Source of the DNA: Candidatus Babelota bacterium
GTDB lineage: Bacteria; Babelota; Babeliae; Babelales; Vermiphilaceae
Direction: 5' to 3'
DNA: 64,000 bases
Assembly: GCA_049325595.1 (NCBI GenBank)
Contig: JBMOLF010000007.1
Location: forward strand, 47,999 to 111,998
Shown: positions 1 to 9,933 of the stretch, one piece after another
Layout of the letters: each line of letters opens with the position of its first letter
Position numbering within the stretch: the stretch's first letter is position 1
The notes under the pieces: generated by a model
What the model saw: the letters and a program-made list of their open reading frames with translations, nothing else
What the model was told of the DNA's origin: nothing
The model's database searches: none
Made by a program: the position numbers and the translations under genes

Positions 1-67
1 TTCCAGAGAGATCAGAAAGGGCAGAACCGGTCCATGCGTCGCCAATATCAAGCGCGAGAATTTTCAT
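1..67 (-). CDS. ruvX: Holliday junction resolvase-like / pre-16S rRNA nuclease YqgF (RuvX), 5' part only
   Basis: Reverse strand from ATG at 67 reads MKILALDIGDAWTGSALSDLSG, the YqgF N-terminal motif (ILALDxG..xGxAxSD). AAGGT RBS upstream. Runs off the window edge. Confidence 0.85.
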   Translation of the reverse strand, partial: MKILALDIGDAWTGSALSDLSG

Positions 68-165
68 AAGTGATTTACCTTTATTAGATACCTGATAAGA
101 TAAAATAATTATTGTGGTGATAGATTCACCCTATCATACTATTAAGCCAACATAAAGGATAACAT

Positions 166-1509
166 ATGGATCTGGCATCTACTATTACTAAATTAAGTGA
201 TCTTATTTTAGGATGGCCGTTAATTATTTACGTTGTTTCTATCGGCGCATTATGTACCTTTGTTTTGCGATTTATACAGATTCGTTATTTTGCAAAGGCA
301 TGGCAGTGGACTTTGCGACCAGATAAAGCAGAAATGCAAGTTGCAAAATCAGCCGATATGTCTCCTTTACAAGCTTTTATTAATGCTCTTAATATTGGGG
401 TAGGTAATGGTAGTTTGGCTGGTATGGCAACTGCAGTGTATTCCGGAGGACCGGGTGCGGCATTATGGGTAATACTTATTAGTATTTTACTTATGGCAGT
501 ACGCTATGCTGAAGTATATCTTGCAAGTTATTTTGCCACACATTCTGAGCAAAAAAGTTCTATTGGTGGGCCGATGCTTTATTTAAAGGCAGTACCGGGC
601 GGTAAATATCTTGCGTATGCCTATGCACTTATGTGTGTATTGTTCGGCTTTGGCATGGCAGCAATTATGCAAAGTAATTCAATTAGATTGGCAGTAGAAA
701 GAACATTCAATGTTTCGCCATATATGATAGCAACATTGTTTATGCTTTTTGTTGCTTATGTTGTTGTTGGCGGTGCAAAACGTGTTGTTTCTATATCAGA
801 AAAAATTGTACCAATTAAAGTTGGGGTGTTTTTTATCTCAAGTATTGTTGTATTGCTGTATCATTACCAGAATATTTTGCCAGCTTTAAAACTTATTTTC
901 ATGAGTGGTATTTCTTCTCAAGCTCTTCTTGGTGGTGTTGCTGGTTATAGCGTGCAACAAGCAATGCGTTTTGGTATGGTTCGTTCAATCAATGCAACTG
1001 AAACTGGTCTTGGTACGGCAGCAATTTTCTTTGGCGGAACAAAAAGTAAAACACCAGTAAAAGATAGTATTATGACAATGCTCAGCACCTTTATGAGTAT
1101 GGCCGTTTGTTTTTTAGTTGCTTTGTGCATTATTGCAAGTGGTGTTTGGAATAATGGATTACAAAGCACCGCATTAACAAGTTCAGCATTTGAAACAGTA
1201 TTTGGTAATTTTGGCCAATGGATTGTGGCATTTTTATCAATTACCTTTGGTGTGGGGGTAACTGTATCGTATGTATATATTACCCGTGAATCGTGGCTCA
1301 CCGTTACTGGCGGACGCTTTGTGCAATTATTTGGTGTACTCTATGCAGTAGCAGCATTTGTTGGTGCATTAATGAATGTTGATCTAGTATGGATGATTGC
1401 TGACTGGATTAATGGCGGTCTATTGCTTATTAACTTATTTGGTATTGTATGCCTTATTCCGTTAATTCGAGCAGGATTAAAAGCGTTTGAACAACATAAA
1501 CATCAATAA
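166..1509 (+). CDS. Sodium:alanine/glycine symporter (AGCS/AlsT family)
   Basis: Motifs SPLQA, VGNGSLAG, GGPGAALW, GGPMLYL, TGLGTAAI; many TM helices; AAAGGA RBS. Confidence 0.9.
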   Translation: MDLASTITKLSDLILGWPLIIYVVSIGALCTFVLRFIQIRYFAKAWQWTLRPDKAEMQVAKSADMSPLQAFINALNIGVGNGSLAGMATAVYSGGPGAALWVILISILLMAVRYAEVYLASYFATHSEQKSSIGGPMLYLKAVPGGKYLAYAYALMCVLFGFGMAAIMQSNSIRLAVERTFNVSPYMIATLFMLFVAYVVVGGAKRVVSISEKIVPIKVGVFFISSIVVLLYHYQNILPALKLIFMSGISSQALLGGVAGYSVQQAMRFGMVRSINATETGLGTAAIFFGGTKSKTPVKDSIMTMLSTFMSMAVCFLVALCIIASGVWNNGLQSTALTSSAFETVFGNFGQWIVAFLSITFGVGVTVSYVYITRESWLTVTGGRFVQLFGVLYAVAAFVGALMNVDLVWMIADWINGGLLLINLFGIVCLIPLIRAGLKAFEQHKHQ

Positions 1510-1510
1510 T

Positions 1511-2923
1511 ATGAATTCTTATTTGCCAAAAACTTTTTTAGTAACATCGCATACCAAATATGTTGGCCAAGGTAGCACTTTTGTAGCCATTAAAGGGCAA
1601 AAAGAAAATGGTGTTACCTACATTACCCATGCGCTTGAAAAAGGAGCTACGACTATTGTAGTAGCTCATGATGAACTGTTATCTAATGAAATTGTTCAAG
1701 CACTAGCGTCACACCAAGCAAAACTTGTAAGAGTAGCTAATACACGCCAGGCGCTTGCTCAATTAAGTGCACAGGCCTATAATTTTCCTGCGCGTAAATT
1801 AAAAATTATTGCCATAACAGGAACTAAAGGTAAAACAACGACCAGTTGGATGTTGGCACATTTTTTTAAACAAGCAGGATTAAAAACTGCATTATTAAGT
1901 ACCGTTCGTAATCGTATTTTAGATACAGAATTCCAATCAGAACTTACCACTCCTCAGCCTGATTATATTCATGCTTTTTTACAGGCATGTGTAGCTCGAG
2001 AAGTTGAGTGGGTTGTCATGGAAACAGCAGCACAAGCAGCTTCGCTTTATCGTATTGACGGTATAGAGTTTGATGGAGCAATTTATACTAATTTTAGCTC
2101 GACGCACGCTGAATTTTATGCTCGTGTAGAAGATTATTTTGCTGCAAAAAAGCAAATTTTAGAGCAAGTAAAAGCATCATGTCCCATAATTTTAAACGGT
2201 GATGACAGCAAAGTATTTGCATTACAGCACTATTTTCCCAATGCCTATTGTACCTATGAAAATGGTGTTTATCGCATATGCAAAACCAACGTTGGTATTG
2301 CGTGGCAATATGCGTATCAAGGAAGATTATATAATTTTGAATGTCCCTCATTAATTGGTTCATTTAATATTAGTAACTTTGCAATGGCAATAACGCTTGC
2401 ATTAAAATGTTCTCTTTCTATTAGTGATCTACAAACTTTTTGTAAAACATTTACTGGGGTGCCTGGTCGATTAGAACGCTATCAGCTACCTAATGGTGCC
2501 AGCTGTTTTATAGATTATGCCCACACACCATCATCGTTTACAGCGGTTCTTTCGTTGTTGCGAAATATGACTCAACAATTAATCGTAGTATTTGGAGCAG
2601 GCGGCGAGAGAGATCGCAGTATGAGACCGCAGCTTGGCGATATAGCAAGCACACTTGCCGATGCTATTGTATTAACGATGGATAATCCACGTAGTGAGCA
2701 AGTAACCGATATTATTACTGATATTCTTGCAGGAATTGACCAATCCTATAAACAAAAAGTATTAGTAGAAGTTGACCGCGCACGAGCAATTGAAAAAGCA
2801 TATACAATAAGTCAGCCGGGGGCTATTATTGCATTGCTTGGCAAAGGGCCAGATGAATACCAAATTATTGGCACTCAAAAATTGCCATTTAGTGAGCGTG
2901 CAATTGTTGCTTCATTCCGCTAA
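1511..2923 (+). CDS. murE: UDP-MurNAc-tripeptide synthetase (meso-DAP ligase)
   Basis: ITGTKGKTTT P-loop, LTTP, GVPGRLE, DYAHTP, FGAGGERD, DNPR meso-DAP motif, GKG. Start moved to ATG 1511, just after the upstream stop. Confidence 0.92.
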   Translation: MNSYLPKTFLVTSHTKYVGQGSTFVAIKGQKENGVTYITHALEKGATTIVVAHDELLSNEIVQALASHQAKLVRVANTRQALAQLSAQAYNFPARKLKIIAITGTKGKTTTSWMLAHFFKQAGLKTALLSTVRNRILDTEFQSELTTPQPDYIHAFLQACVAREVEWVVMETAAQAASLYRIDGIEFDGAIYTNFSSTHAEFYARVEDYFAAKKQILEQVKASCPIILNGDDSKVFALQHYFPNAYCTYENGVYRICKTNVGIAWQYAYQGRLYNFECPSLIGSFNISNFAMAITLALKCSLSISDLQTFCKTFTGVPGRLERYQLPNGASCFIDYAHTPSSFTAVLSLLRNMTQQLIVVFGAGGERDRSMRPQLGDIASTLADAIVLTMDNPRSEQVTDIITDILAGIDQSYKQKVLVEVDRARAIEKAYTISQPGAIIALLGKGPDEYQIIGTQKLPFSERAIVASFR

Positions 2924-3024
2924 AGCTATTGCTTTTAAAAAATCCGATTTTCTGGTAATTGGGTATTTCCTTTTGATAGCGTAAAATTGGTTATTTTTCT
3001 TTAATCAATTTAAAAGGAGTATCC

Positions 3025-3600
3025 ATGAATAATCATCATAATCAAGAACAGCTTAATGAATTAAAGCCTTTACCTGAACGATGGTTGGGATTGCTTGGTC
3101 TTGGTATTTTATTGGTTGTGCTAGGCACTATTGCCTTAGGACTGTCAGTGTATACCACTTTGGCGAGTGTGTTAGTATTTGGTGGATTTTTAATTGCCGG
3201 TGGGATTTTGCAATTAATTCACGCATTTTATTGGAAGACATGGCGTGGATTTATTGTTGATTTTATTATTGGTATTTTAAATACCGTGGTAGGCGGATTA
3301 CTTATTGCACGTCCTGCAGAAGGTGCGCTTTCACTTACCTTATTGCTTGCCGCATTCTTTTTAGTATCAGGATTATTTAAAATTGGTATTGCTATTGCCC
3401 GACGCATGGAACATTATGGATGGGTAATTGTCAGCGGTGTAATAAATGTTATTTTAGGACTGCTTATTTTAGCGCAATGGCCAAGCTCAGGGTTGTGGGT
3501 TATTGGCGCATTTATAGCAATCGATTTGCTCTTTAGTGGGTGGAGCTATATTATGCTTGCATTGTATATAAATCGTTTTAAAAAGAAATTGCACTCATAA
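3025..3600 (+). CDS. HdeD/DUF308 family membrane protein
   Basis: Six hydrophobic segments with repeated G-x-x-x-I-x-x-G pattern; WP.S..W.IG...IDLLF.GW tail; AAGGAG RBS. Confidence 0.85.
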   Translation: MNNHHNQEQLNELKPLPERWLGLLGLGILLVVLGTIALGLSVYTTLASVLVFGGFLIAGGILQLIHAFYWKTWRGFIVDFIIGILNTVVGGLLIARPAEGALSLTLLLAAFFLVSGLFKIGIAIARRMEHYGWVIVSGVINVILGLLILAQWPSSGLWVIGAFIAIDLLFSGWSYIMLALYINRFKKKLHS

Positions 3601-3716
3601 ATAATAGTCTTTAATTTGCCATCTACTCGTGCGATTCTTTACAAATATATGAATTCTGAATACTATAAATAAGTTGTTTCTTTTCACTTATTTAACACAA
3701 AAATGTTACTAACGAG

Positions 3717-5699
3717 GTGTTGTACATGCAGTTACTCTCTTATGTAACGGCCATGATAGGAGCATCACTTTTTGGGATGTGCGTGGTCGGCTTTTTATTT
3801 AGATTAATAAAAGCAAGCAAAGTTGATGATCCAAAGGCAGGTCATATTGCTTGGGCAATTAGATCAGGTGCCATGACCTTCTTAAGGGAAGAATATCGTG
3901 TTATTGCCGTAGTAGTAGCATTAGTGACTGGTTTAATGGCCTATGCTGTAGGTTTTATTGCAGCACTATTTTTTGTGTTTGGTTCTCTTCTTTCTATGAT
4001 TACCGGTTTGATTGGTATGCGTGCAGCGACCGAAGCAAACGTTCGTACTACTTTAGCTGCTCGTGACAAGGGTGAGCATGCAGCATTTTTAATGTCATTC
4101 TTTGGTGGTGGCGTAATGGGTTTTGCTGTTGCAAGCTTTGGTCTGTTGGGACTTGGTATCATTTTTTATTTATTTGTAGATAATCCAGATTTTGTAAAGA
4201 TTTTAACGTGCTTTAGCATCGGTGCATCATTAGTAGCATTCTTTGCGCGAGTAGGTGGCGGTATTTTTACTAAATCAGCTGACGTTGGTGCAGATTTAGT
4301 TGGTAAAATTGAAGCGGGCATTCCTGAAGACGATCCACGTAACCCGGCGGTTATAGCTGATAACGTTGGTGATTGCGTTGGTGATACTGCCGGTATGGGT
4401 GCTGATATTTATGAGTCATATGTAGGGGCAATGGTTGCTTCAATCGTATTGGCAACTACTTTATATGGTCAAAATCTTCTCTATTTGACTATGCCGGTAA
4501 TGCTTTCAGTTCTTGGTTTATTTGGTTCAGTTATTGGTTTAGTTTCTAATGCATTATTTAAACTTGAACCGGCTGCTATGTTGCGTAATGCAACTTATGT
4601 AGCAATTGCTGCATTGTTAGCAGGATCATATCTTTATATTTCTTACACTGGTATTGAACAAAGTCTTTTCATTGCTATTTTACTTGGTTGTGTTTCCGGT
4701 ATTTTAGTTGGATTAATTACTGAGTATTATACGGGCGGAACACCGGTAAAAAATGTTGCAGAAAGTGCCCGTTCTGGTGCAGCAACTAATATTATTTATG
4801 GGTTGTCTGTTGGTATGGAATCAACCGCAGTTCCTGTTGTGTTGCTTGCAATAATTGTATTGCTTGCCTACATCTATGGTGGCGGCTTGTTTGGTGTTTC
4901 ATTGTCTGCAGTTGCAATGTTGGCAACCGTTGGTATTACCATGACGGTTGATGCGTATGGTCCAATTGCTGATAATGCCGGCGGTATTTCTGAAATGGCA
5001 GGGTTTGGTCCTAGCGTGCGTAACATTACCGATAAGCTTGATGCTCTTGGTAATACAACTGCTGCAATGGGTAAAGGCTTTGCAATTGGTTCAGCATTAT
5101 TAACAGCGCTTGCAATGTTTAACGCCTATGCAAAAGAAGCACACATTAGTGTTCTTGATATTTTAGATCCATTTATTTTAGTGGGTGTATTTATCGGTTC
5201 TATCTTGCCATTTGTTATTTCTTCTTTGACCATGCGTTCAGTTGGTAAAGCTGCGCTTCAAATGGTTATGGAAGTGCGCCGTCAATTTAAAGAAATTCCA
5301 GGATTGATGGAAGGTAAAGCAGAACCTGATTACAAGCGTTGTGTTGCAATTAGTACCAAAGCAGCAATTAAAGAAATGATTTTGCCTGGCGTGATCACCG
5401 TTGCATTGCCTATTCTTATTCGCTTTACTCTTGGTAAAGAAGCTTTAGGCGGCATGCTTGTTGGCGCTACCTTAGTTGGTGTATTGCTTGCGCTTATGAT
5501 GGCAAACGGTGGCGGTGCATGGGATAATGCGAAAAAATATATCGAAGCCGGTAACTTAGGTGGTAAAGGTTCTGATGCGCATAAAGCGGCTATCGTTGGC
5601 GACACGGTAGGAGACCCATTCAAAGATACATCCGGTCCAGCATTAAATATTTTAATTAAGTTAATGTCGGTAGTTTCGTTATTATTAGTGTTAATTTAA
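3717..5699 (+). CDS. hppA: Membrane-integral pyrophosphatase, K+-dependent, probably Na+-pumping
   Basis: [41 protein letters not shown] (Ala = K+-dependent), [14 protein letters not shown]; Glu in GADIYES. Confidence 0.95.
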   Translation: MLYMQLLSYVTAMIGASLFGMCVVGFLFRLIKASKVDDPKAGHIAWAIRSGAMTFLREEYRVIAVVVALVTGLMAYAVGFIAALFFVFGSLLSMITGLIGMRAATEANVRTTLAARDKGEHAAFLMSFFGGGVMGFAVASFGLLGLGIIFYLFVDNPDFVKILTCFSIGASLVAFFARVGGGIFTKSADVGADLVGKIEAGIPEDDPRNPAVIADNVGDCVGDTAGMGADIYESYVGAMVASIVLATTLYGQNLLYLTMPVMLSVLGLFGSVIGLVSNALFKLEPAAMLRNATYVAIAALLAGSYLYISYTGIEQSLFIAILLGCVSGILVGLITEYYTGGTPVKNVAESARSGAATNIIYGLSVGMESTAVPVVLLAIIVLLAYIYGGGLFGVSLSAVAMLATVGITMTVDAYGPIADNAGGISEMAGFGPSVRNITDKLDALGNTTAAMGKGFAIGSALLTALAMFNAYAKEAHISVLDILDPFILVGVFIGSILPFVISSLTMRSVGKAALQMVMEVRRQFKEIPGLMEGKAEPDYKRCVAISTKAAIKEMILPGVITVALPILIRFTLGKEALGGMLVGATLVGVLLALMMANGGGAWDNAKKYIEAGNLGGKGSDAHKAAIVGDTVGDPFKDTSGPALNILIKLMSVVSLLLVLI

Positions 5700-5718
5700 T
5701 TAATGTTATAAGTTATTA

Positions 5719-5755
5719 GGTCCCTGTGATATTAACATCACGGGGACTTTTTTTT
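5719..5755 (+). terminator. Intrinsic terminator after hppA
   Basis: GTCCCTGTGAT-loop-ATCACGGGGAC followed by T8. Confidence 0.85.
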
Positions 5756-5766
5756 GGTAAAACAAG

Positions 5767-7131
5767 ATGAGATTTTATTATTTAATTCTATTGAGCTGTA
5801 GCGTTTATATTTTTGGTGCGGAAGATTTTATATGTCCTTCATTAAAAGAGTTTGCTTTAAAAAAGACGCTTGATTTAATGCCTAATCACGAAAATATGCG
5901 CAAAAATTTAACTCAAAAAATAGTTGCAGGTCAATTAGGTTATGCACTAGAAAAACCACTAGCTCGGAAAATAGTTGCTGATTCAGGAAATGAAATTGCG
6001 ATAGCCCAAGTGTTAATGAATAAGTTTTCAAGGCCTAGTTTTACTACTCATCTTATGATTGAGCCACATAGCAAGTGGAAATTATGCAATAATCATATTA
6101 TTGTATTGCACTACCAAAAATTGCCCATTCTTCTCAATGCCATTACCGGCGAAAAAGAAACCGTTACTTTTTTACCATATAAAGACAATGAAAGGCTGAT
6201 GTCCAATTGTTTTGCTATAAATCATGAGGGAGCGATAATAGCTCATGCAGAAGGTAAACAACATGAGAATAATTCTTACTATTCAATACTGTTGTGGAAA
6301 CCGGAACAAAAAAAATTATTAAAAGAGATATCACTTAAAAAGAATTATATTCCACGTAAGATGGTATTTTCTGCTCAGGGCAAATTTATAGCATTATCTT
6401 ATACAGCCAAGCGAAAAATTTATACCGACATATTAGATACTAAAACATTACATAAATTTAAAACCGTACAAGGGTCTTGCGGAAAATTTAGTAAGGATGA
6501 ACAAAAATTTTATTACTATACCACACCAGATAACGATAGTTTGTACGAACATTCTCTGCAATTAAACACAGGCATTGTTGATGATGATTTTAGAATAGTT
6601 GAAATGAAATGCTCAAAACGTTGTCATGAACCTGATTGTTTAAAAAGAAAAATAACATGGATGATAGATCAAAAAATAGTCTTGCATCATCAAACGGAAA
6701 ATACCTTTTATCAAATTAAAAATGATACTATGGTCTTTCCTCAATTGTTTGTTGATGAAGTGCATGATGGCAGTGCATTAAAGCTAGGCAAAACGATTGA
6801 AATTTATGATAACTTTATCAAAAAGAAAGTAGGTAATTTTACTATTCCAGGCGCATTATTTTCTGCGCAAATAGAATTGGTTTGTCCAAGAGCTGATCTT
6901 ATTGTTCTTTCAACCGAAAATTCGCCAAATTTACAAGTATATTCTATTAAAACCAATCAACTAATCCAGGAATTACCTAATGCCCGTGGTTTGAAAATTG
7001 AGTTAAGTCAAAATAATAATTATTTTATGTGCAAGGGGTACAATCGTTGGCAAATAATACCTACCCATCATTTTTATCTTGATCATACACCCGCGCAAGA
7101 ATTAGTAAAAACTGCTTTAAGTTTGAATTAG
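5767..7131 (+). CDS. Secreted protein with probable WD40/beta-propeller region
   Basis: N-terminal signal peptide; blade-like motifs FAINHEG..IA, ILLW, VFSAQGKFIA, KFSKDE, ELSQNNNYF. Confidence 0.6.
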   Translation: MRFYYLILLSCSVYIFGAEDFICPSLKEFALKKTLDLMPNHENMRKNLTQKIVAGQLGYALEKPLARKIVADSGNEIAIAQVLMNKFSRPSFTTHLMIEPHSKWKLCNNHIIVLHYQKLPILLNAITGEKETVTFLPYKDNERLMSNCFAINHEGAIIAHAEGKQHENNSYYSILLWKPEQKKLLKEISLKKNYIPRKMVFSAQGKFIALSYTAKRKIYTDILDTKTLHKFKTVQGSCGKFSKDEQKFYYYTTPDNDSLYEHSLQLNTGIVDDDFRIVEMKCSKRCHEPDCLKRKITWMIDQKIVLHHQTENTFYQIKNDTMVFPQLFVDEVHDGSALKLGKTIEIYDNFIKKKVGNFTIPGALFSAQIELVCPRADLIVLSTENSPNLQVYSIKTNQLIQELPNARGLKIELSQNNNYFMCKGYNRWQIIPTHHFYLDHTPAQELVKTALSLN

Positions 7132-7142
7132 GTGATCGCTTT

Positions 7143-8006
7143 TTATTTTTGATTTTTATAATTTTGTATAAATTTCTTCAATTTAATTAGTTTTTCTTTT
7201 TTGGTTTGATCAAGTAGGTCATGTGCCGTGCGATTGTTATTGTTAGATATATCAAGAGAAATACCAGCATCTAAAAGTAGTTTGGCTTTTTTTTGTAAAA
7301 TTTCATATTGATCATAAGAATAATTTATTAGATCATGAAATGCAGTATCTCCAAATATGTTTGTCTCATTTACCCTAACTCCATGTTGTGTATAAAAGGT
7401 GATTAATTCTGGTTCATAGTCCAGCCCAGCTGCTACTTGATGAAGCACGGAGCAACCAAGATCTTTTTGTAAAGTGAATTGAGTATTATATTGAGCAAAC
7501 AATTCTGCCATTTTTACTGACTTTAACCAAAAAATAATAGGAGGACTACTATTTAATTTTTGATTCGGATTTGCACATTTGCCAAGTAGAAATTGTGACA
7601 TGGGATAATCTTGATGCATAGCAGCACGATATAATGGGTTAGCGCAACCATACTTAGTTGTTTGATCCACAAAAGCGCCTGCAGCAATGAGGCATGCTGC
7701 GCCGCTACGTAGTCGATGATAATTTACATCATTGCTTCGCTCTAATATCTTTTTTAATAAATTATTTTTTGTTTCAGCTGTTAGAGATTGAATAGTTATC
7801 CATTGAGCGGGATAATTTTTTTCAAAAAAATCATCTTCAATTTCTTTAGGGCATTTGCATTCTTCGGTAAGAAAATCTGCTAATTCTTGATTATCATCAA
7901 CGTCAATTTTTGTTGTATAAACATGTGCGCTGGACTCAAACCAGTCAAATGATTTTATTTGATTGCAAGACGTTATAATAATGAGTGCCAAAAGAAGTCT
8001 AGTCAT
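7143..8006 (-). CDS. Secreted ankyrin-repeat protein
   Basis: Signal peptide; NPLYRAA..LLGKCANPN, SVLHQVA..GVRVN, GDTAFH..LLDAG, RTAHDL. Confidence 0.85.
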   Translation of the reverse strand: MTRLLLALIIITSCNQIKSFDWFESSAHVYTTKIDVDDNQELADFLTEECKCPKEIEDDFFEKNYPAQWITIQSLTAETKNNLLKKILERSNDVNYHRLRSGAACLIAAGAFVDQTTKYGCANPLYRAAMHQDYPMSQFLLGKCANPNQKLNSSPPIIFWLKSVKMAELFAQYNTQFTLQKDLGCSVLHQVAAGLDYEPELITFYTQHGVRVNETNIFGDTAFHDLINYSYDQYEILQKKAKLLLDAGISLDISNNNNRTAHDLLDQTKKEKLIKLKKFIQNYKNQK

Positions 8007-8035
8007 AACCAGTTCCTTATTAATTCTGCATTGAA

Positions 8036-8217
8036 CTATTTTTTGTTAATCAATTTTTTCTTTAATCTTTTTACCGATAAAAAATGTTTAATAGCAAGTA
8101 GGCTTTGTACACTATCAATACTGTTGATTTCTTCTAGCGCTGTTTTTTCCATTGCTGCACTTGAAAAAAAATGATAGGTGTAAAGCAATGAATTAACGTA
8201 AGAATATAATAGAGCAT
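8036..8217 (-). pseudogene. Possible frameshifted small secreted protein
   Basis: AAAAGGA RBS and ATG 8217 give a hydrophobic leader MLYYILTLIHCFTPIIFF. One extra T in the T8 run (8164-8171) would continue it as SSAA-MEKTALEE...KKKLINKK to the stop at 8036. Confidence 0.35.
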
Positions 8218-8349
8218 ACGATTCCTTTTTTGGCCTCTAAACATGATATATTAAGTTATTTGGCATTTTTGGTAAACCTTTGACTCATCTTTACTATTTT
8301 CTCTACCGTTAGATTAATGTTGATAGTAAAATTGAGGTTCAAGGAATTA

Positions 8350-9519
8350 ATGATGAAAAATTCATTTAATCGTACCGTGTGGGGATTTGGGTTAGCCAGT
8401 TTTTTTGGTGATTTTGGTTATGAGATGGCCAATGTTCTTTTGCCCTTGTTGGCCGTGATGGTTGCGGGTTCCCATGCGCCGGCTACGCTTGGCTTAGCTG
8501 TAGGGCTAGCAGCGGGTATTGCTGGGTTGCTACGTGTATTGTTTGGTTGGATAAGTGATCACGTAACAGAAAAAAGATTTTTAATTGCATCAGGCTATGG
8601 TATTACTGCCGTGTGTAATGCGTTACTCGGTTTTGCAACGCAAACTTGGCATATTATTTGGAGCCAAATCGGTGCATGGACTGGTAGTGCTATGCGAGAG
8701 CCGGGGCGTGATGCTATTTTATCGGGTTTAGGTGATTCACCTACTGTTGTTAAAGCATTTAGTATTGAGCGCGCAATGGATACCTTAGGTGCATTAGTTG
8801 GCCCTTTGTGTGCATTTTTCTTAATCAAATTCATGTCGGTTCGTTCTTTGCTTTTTTTAACTCTTATACCAGGACTTTGCGCAGCCGTAACAATAATAAC
8901 TTTGGCTTCTGTTACTTCCGGAATAACAACACACGCATCTCGTTTGCGAATTAAAGATATAGCTCAGTTACCAAGCGAATTTAAAAACTTTTTACTTACC
9001 ATGCTCTTATTTGGTATTGGTAATTTGAGCAAAACATTTTTAGTATTGCGGGCTGCTCAAACCTTCGGTATTCAAACCGATGCTATTGTGGCAAGCAGTT
9101 ATGCAATTGAAATATACATATTTTTTAATGCCGTCCGTGCCATAACCGAATTTACTTTAAGTTTTTTTAACCGTTTTTTGACCAAGCGCTGGTGGATTTT
9201 AATAGGATTTGGCGCATTTATGGTAGCCTCACTATTACTTATAATAGCTGGAAATACCTTTACTTTATGGGGACTTGTGGTACTTATGATAGGTATGAGC
9301 AATGGCATTATTTCGGTGATGCAACGGGCATATGCGGCTGACTTTCTGCCAGAACAGATTCGGAGTACTGGTTATGGGCTACTTTCCATGGTTGGAAATT
9401 TATCCGGCGTAATTTCAAGTATTGTAGTCGGTGCATTATGGACATATGTTGGCGCACCAGTTGCTTTTATGTATACGGCAACAACGGCTTTGTTAGCATT
9501 ATTGTTATTTGGGCGATGA
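8350..9519 (+). CDS. MFS transporter
   Basis: 12-TM pattern; GWISD motif A, REPGRDA, RAMDTLGALVGP, RSTGYG. Start moved to ATG after AAGGA. Confidence 0.9.
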   Translation: MMKNSFNRTVWGFGLASFFGDFGYEMANVLLPLLAVMVAGSHAPATLGLAVGLAAGIAGLLRVLFGWISDHVTEKRFLIASGYGITAVCNALLGFATQTWHIIWSQIGAWTGSAMREPGRDAILSGLGDSPTVVKAFSIERAMDTLGALVGPLCAFFLIKFMSVRSLLFLTLIPGLCAAVTIITLASVTSGITTHASRLRIKDIAQLPSEFKNFLLTMLLFGIGNLSKTFLVLRAAQTFGIQTDAIVASSYAIEIYIFFNAVRAITEFTLSFFNRFLTKRWWILIGFGAFMVASLLLIIAGNTFTLWGLVVLMIGMSNGIISVMQRAYAADFLPEQIRSTGYGLLSMVGNLSGVISSIVVGALWTYVGAPVAFMYTATTALLALLLFGR

Positions 9520-9795
9520 TACATACGCTTTTTGCAGTAGAGAAAAATAAGATTTTTGTGTTGTTACATCAAACTGATAAACCATAGCATTCGCACACCA
9601 TCCACATGTTATTTGACCTGTTTGTTTATCAAGTACTGCAAAAATGGGAATGCCCATATTGGTTAGCCCATGATACACTTCTTCAGTTTCATTATTGGCA
9701 GTAGCTTTAATAACGCGACTAACGGTAAAAGATTCGCTAGAATAGACAATGGTGGTAATTTGAAGCAATAACATTGCTACAATATAGATTTTCAT
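9505..9795 (-). CDS. Small secreted hypothetical protein
   Basis: Signal peptide; AAAGGA RBS upstream; 96 aa. Confidence 0.65.
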   Translation of the reverse strand: MKIYIVAMLLLQITTIVYSSESFTVSRVIKATANNETEEVYHGLTNMGIPIFAVLDKQTGQITCGWCANAMVYQFDVTTQKSYFSLLQKAYVSSPK

Positions 9796-9933
9796 GCTGA
9801 TTTTCCTTTTTTTTACTAATTTTTTACACTAATAATCATGAGACTTCTTCGATTATATGGGCGTATAGTACCCTGTTTATGGCTTTTCATTTTTTTGCTA
9901 TCCTGGAATTATAGTTACCATAAGGAATCATTC

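Noticed and set aside
9838..9933. Hydrophobic N-terminal extension (signal peptide) on PolA
   Set aside because: An in-frame TTG at 9934 with an AAGGA RBS gives a normal PolA N-terminus.
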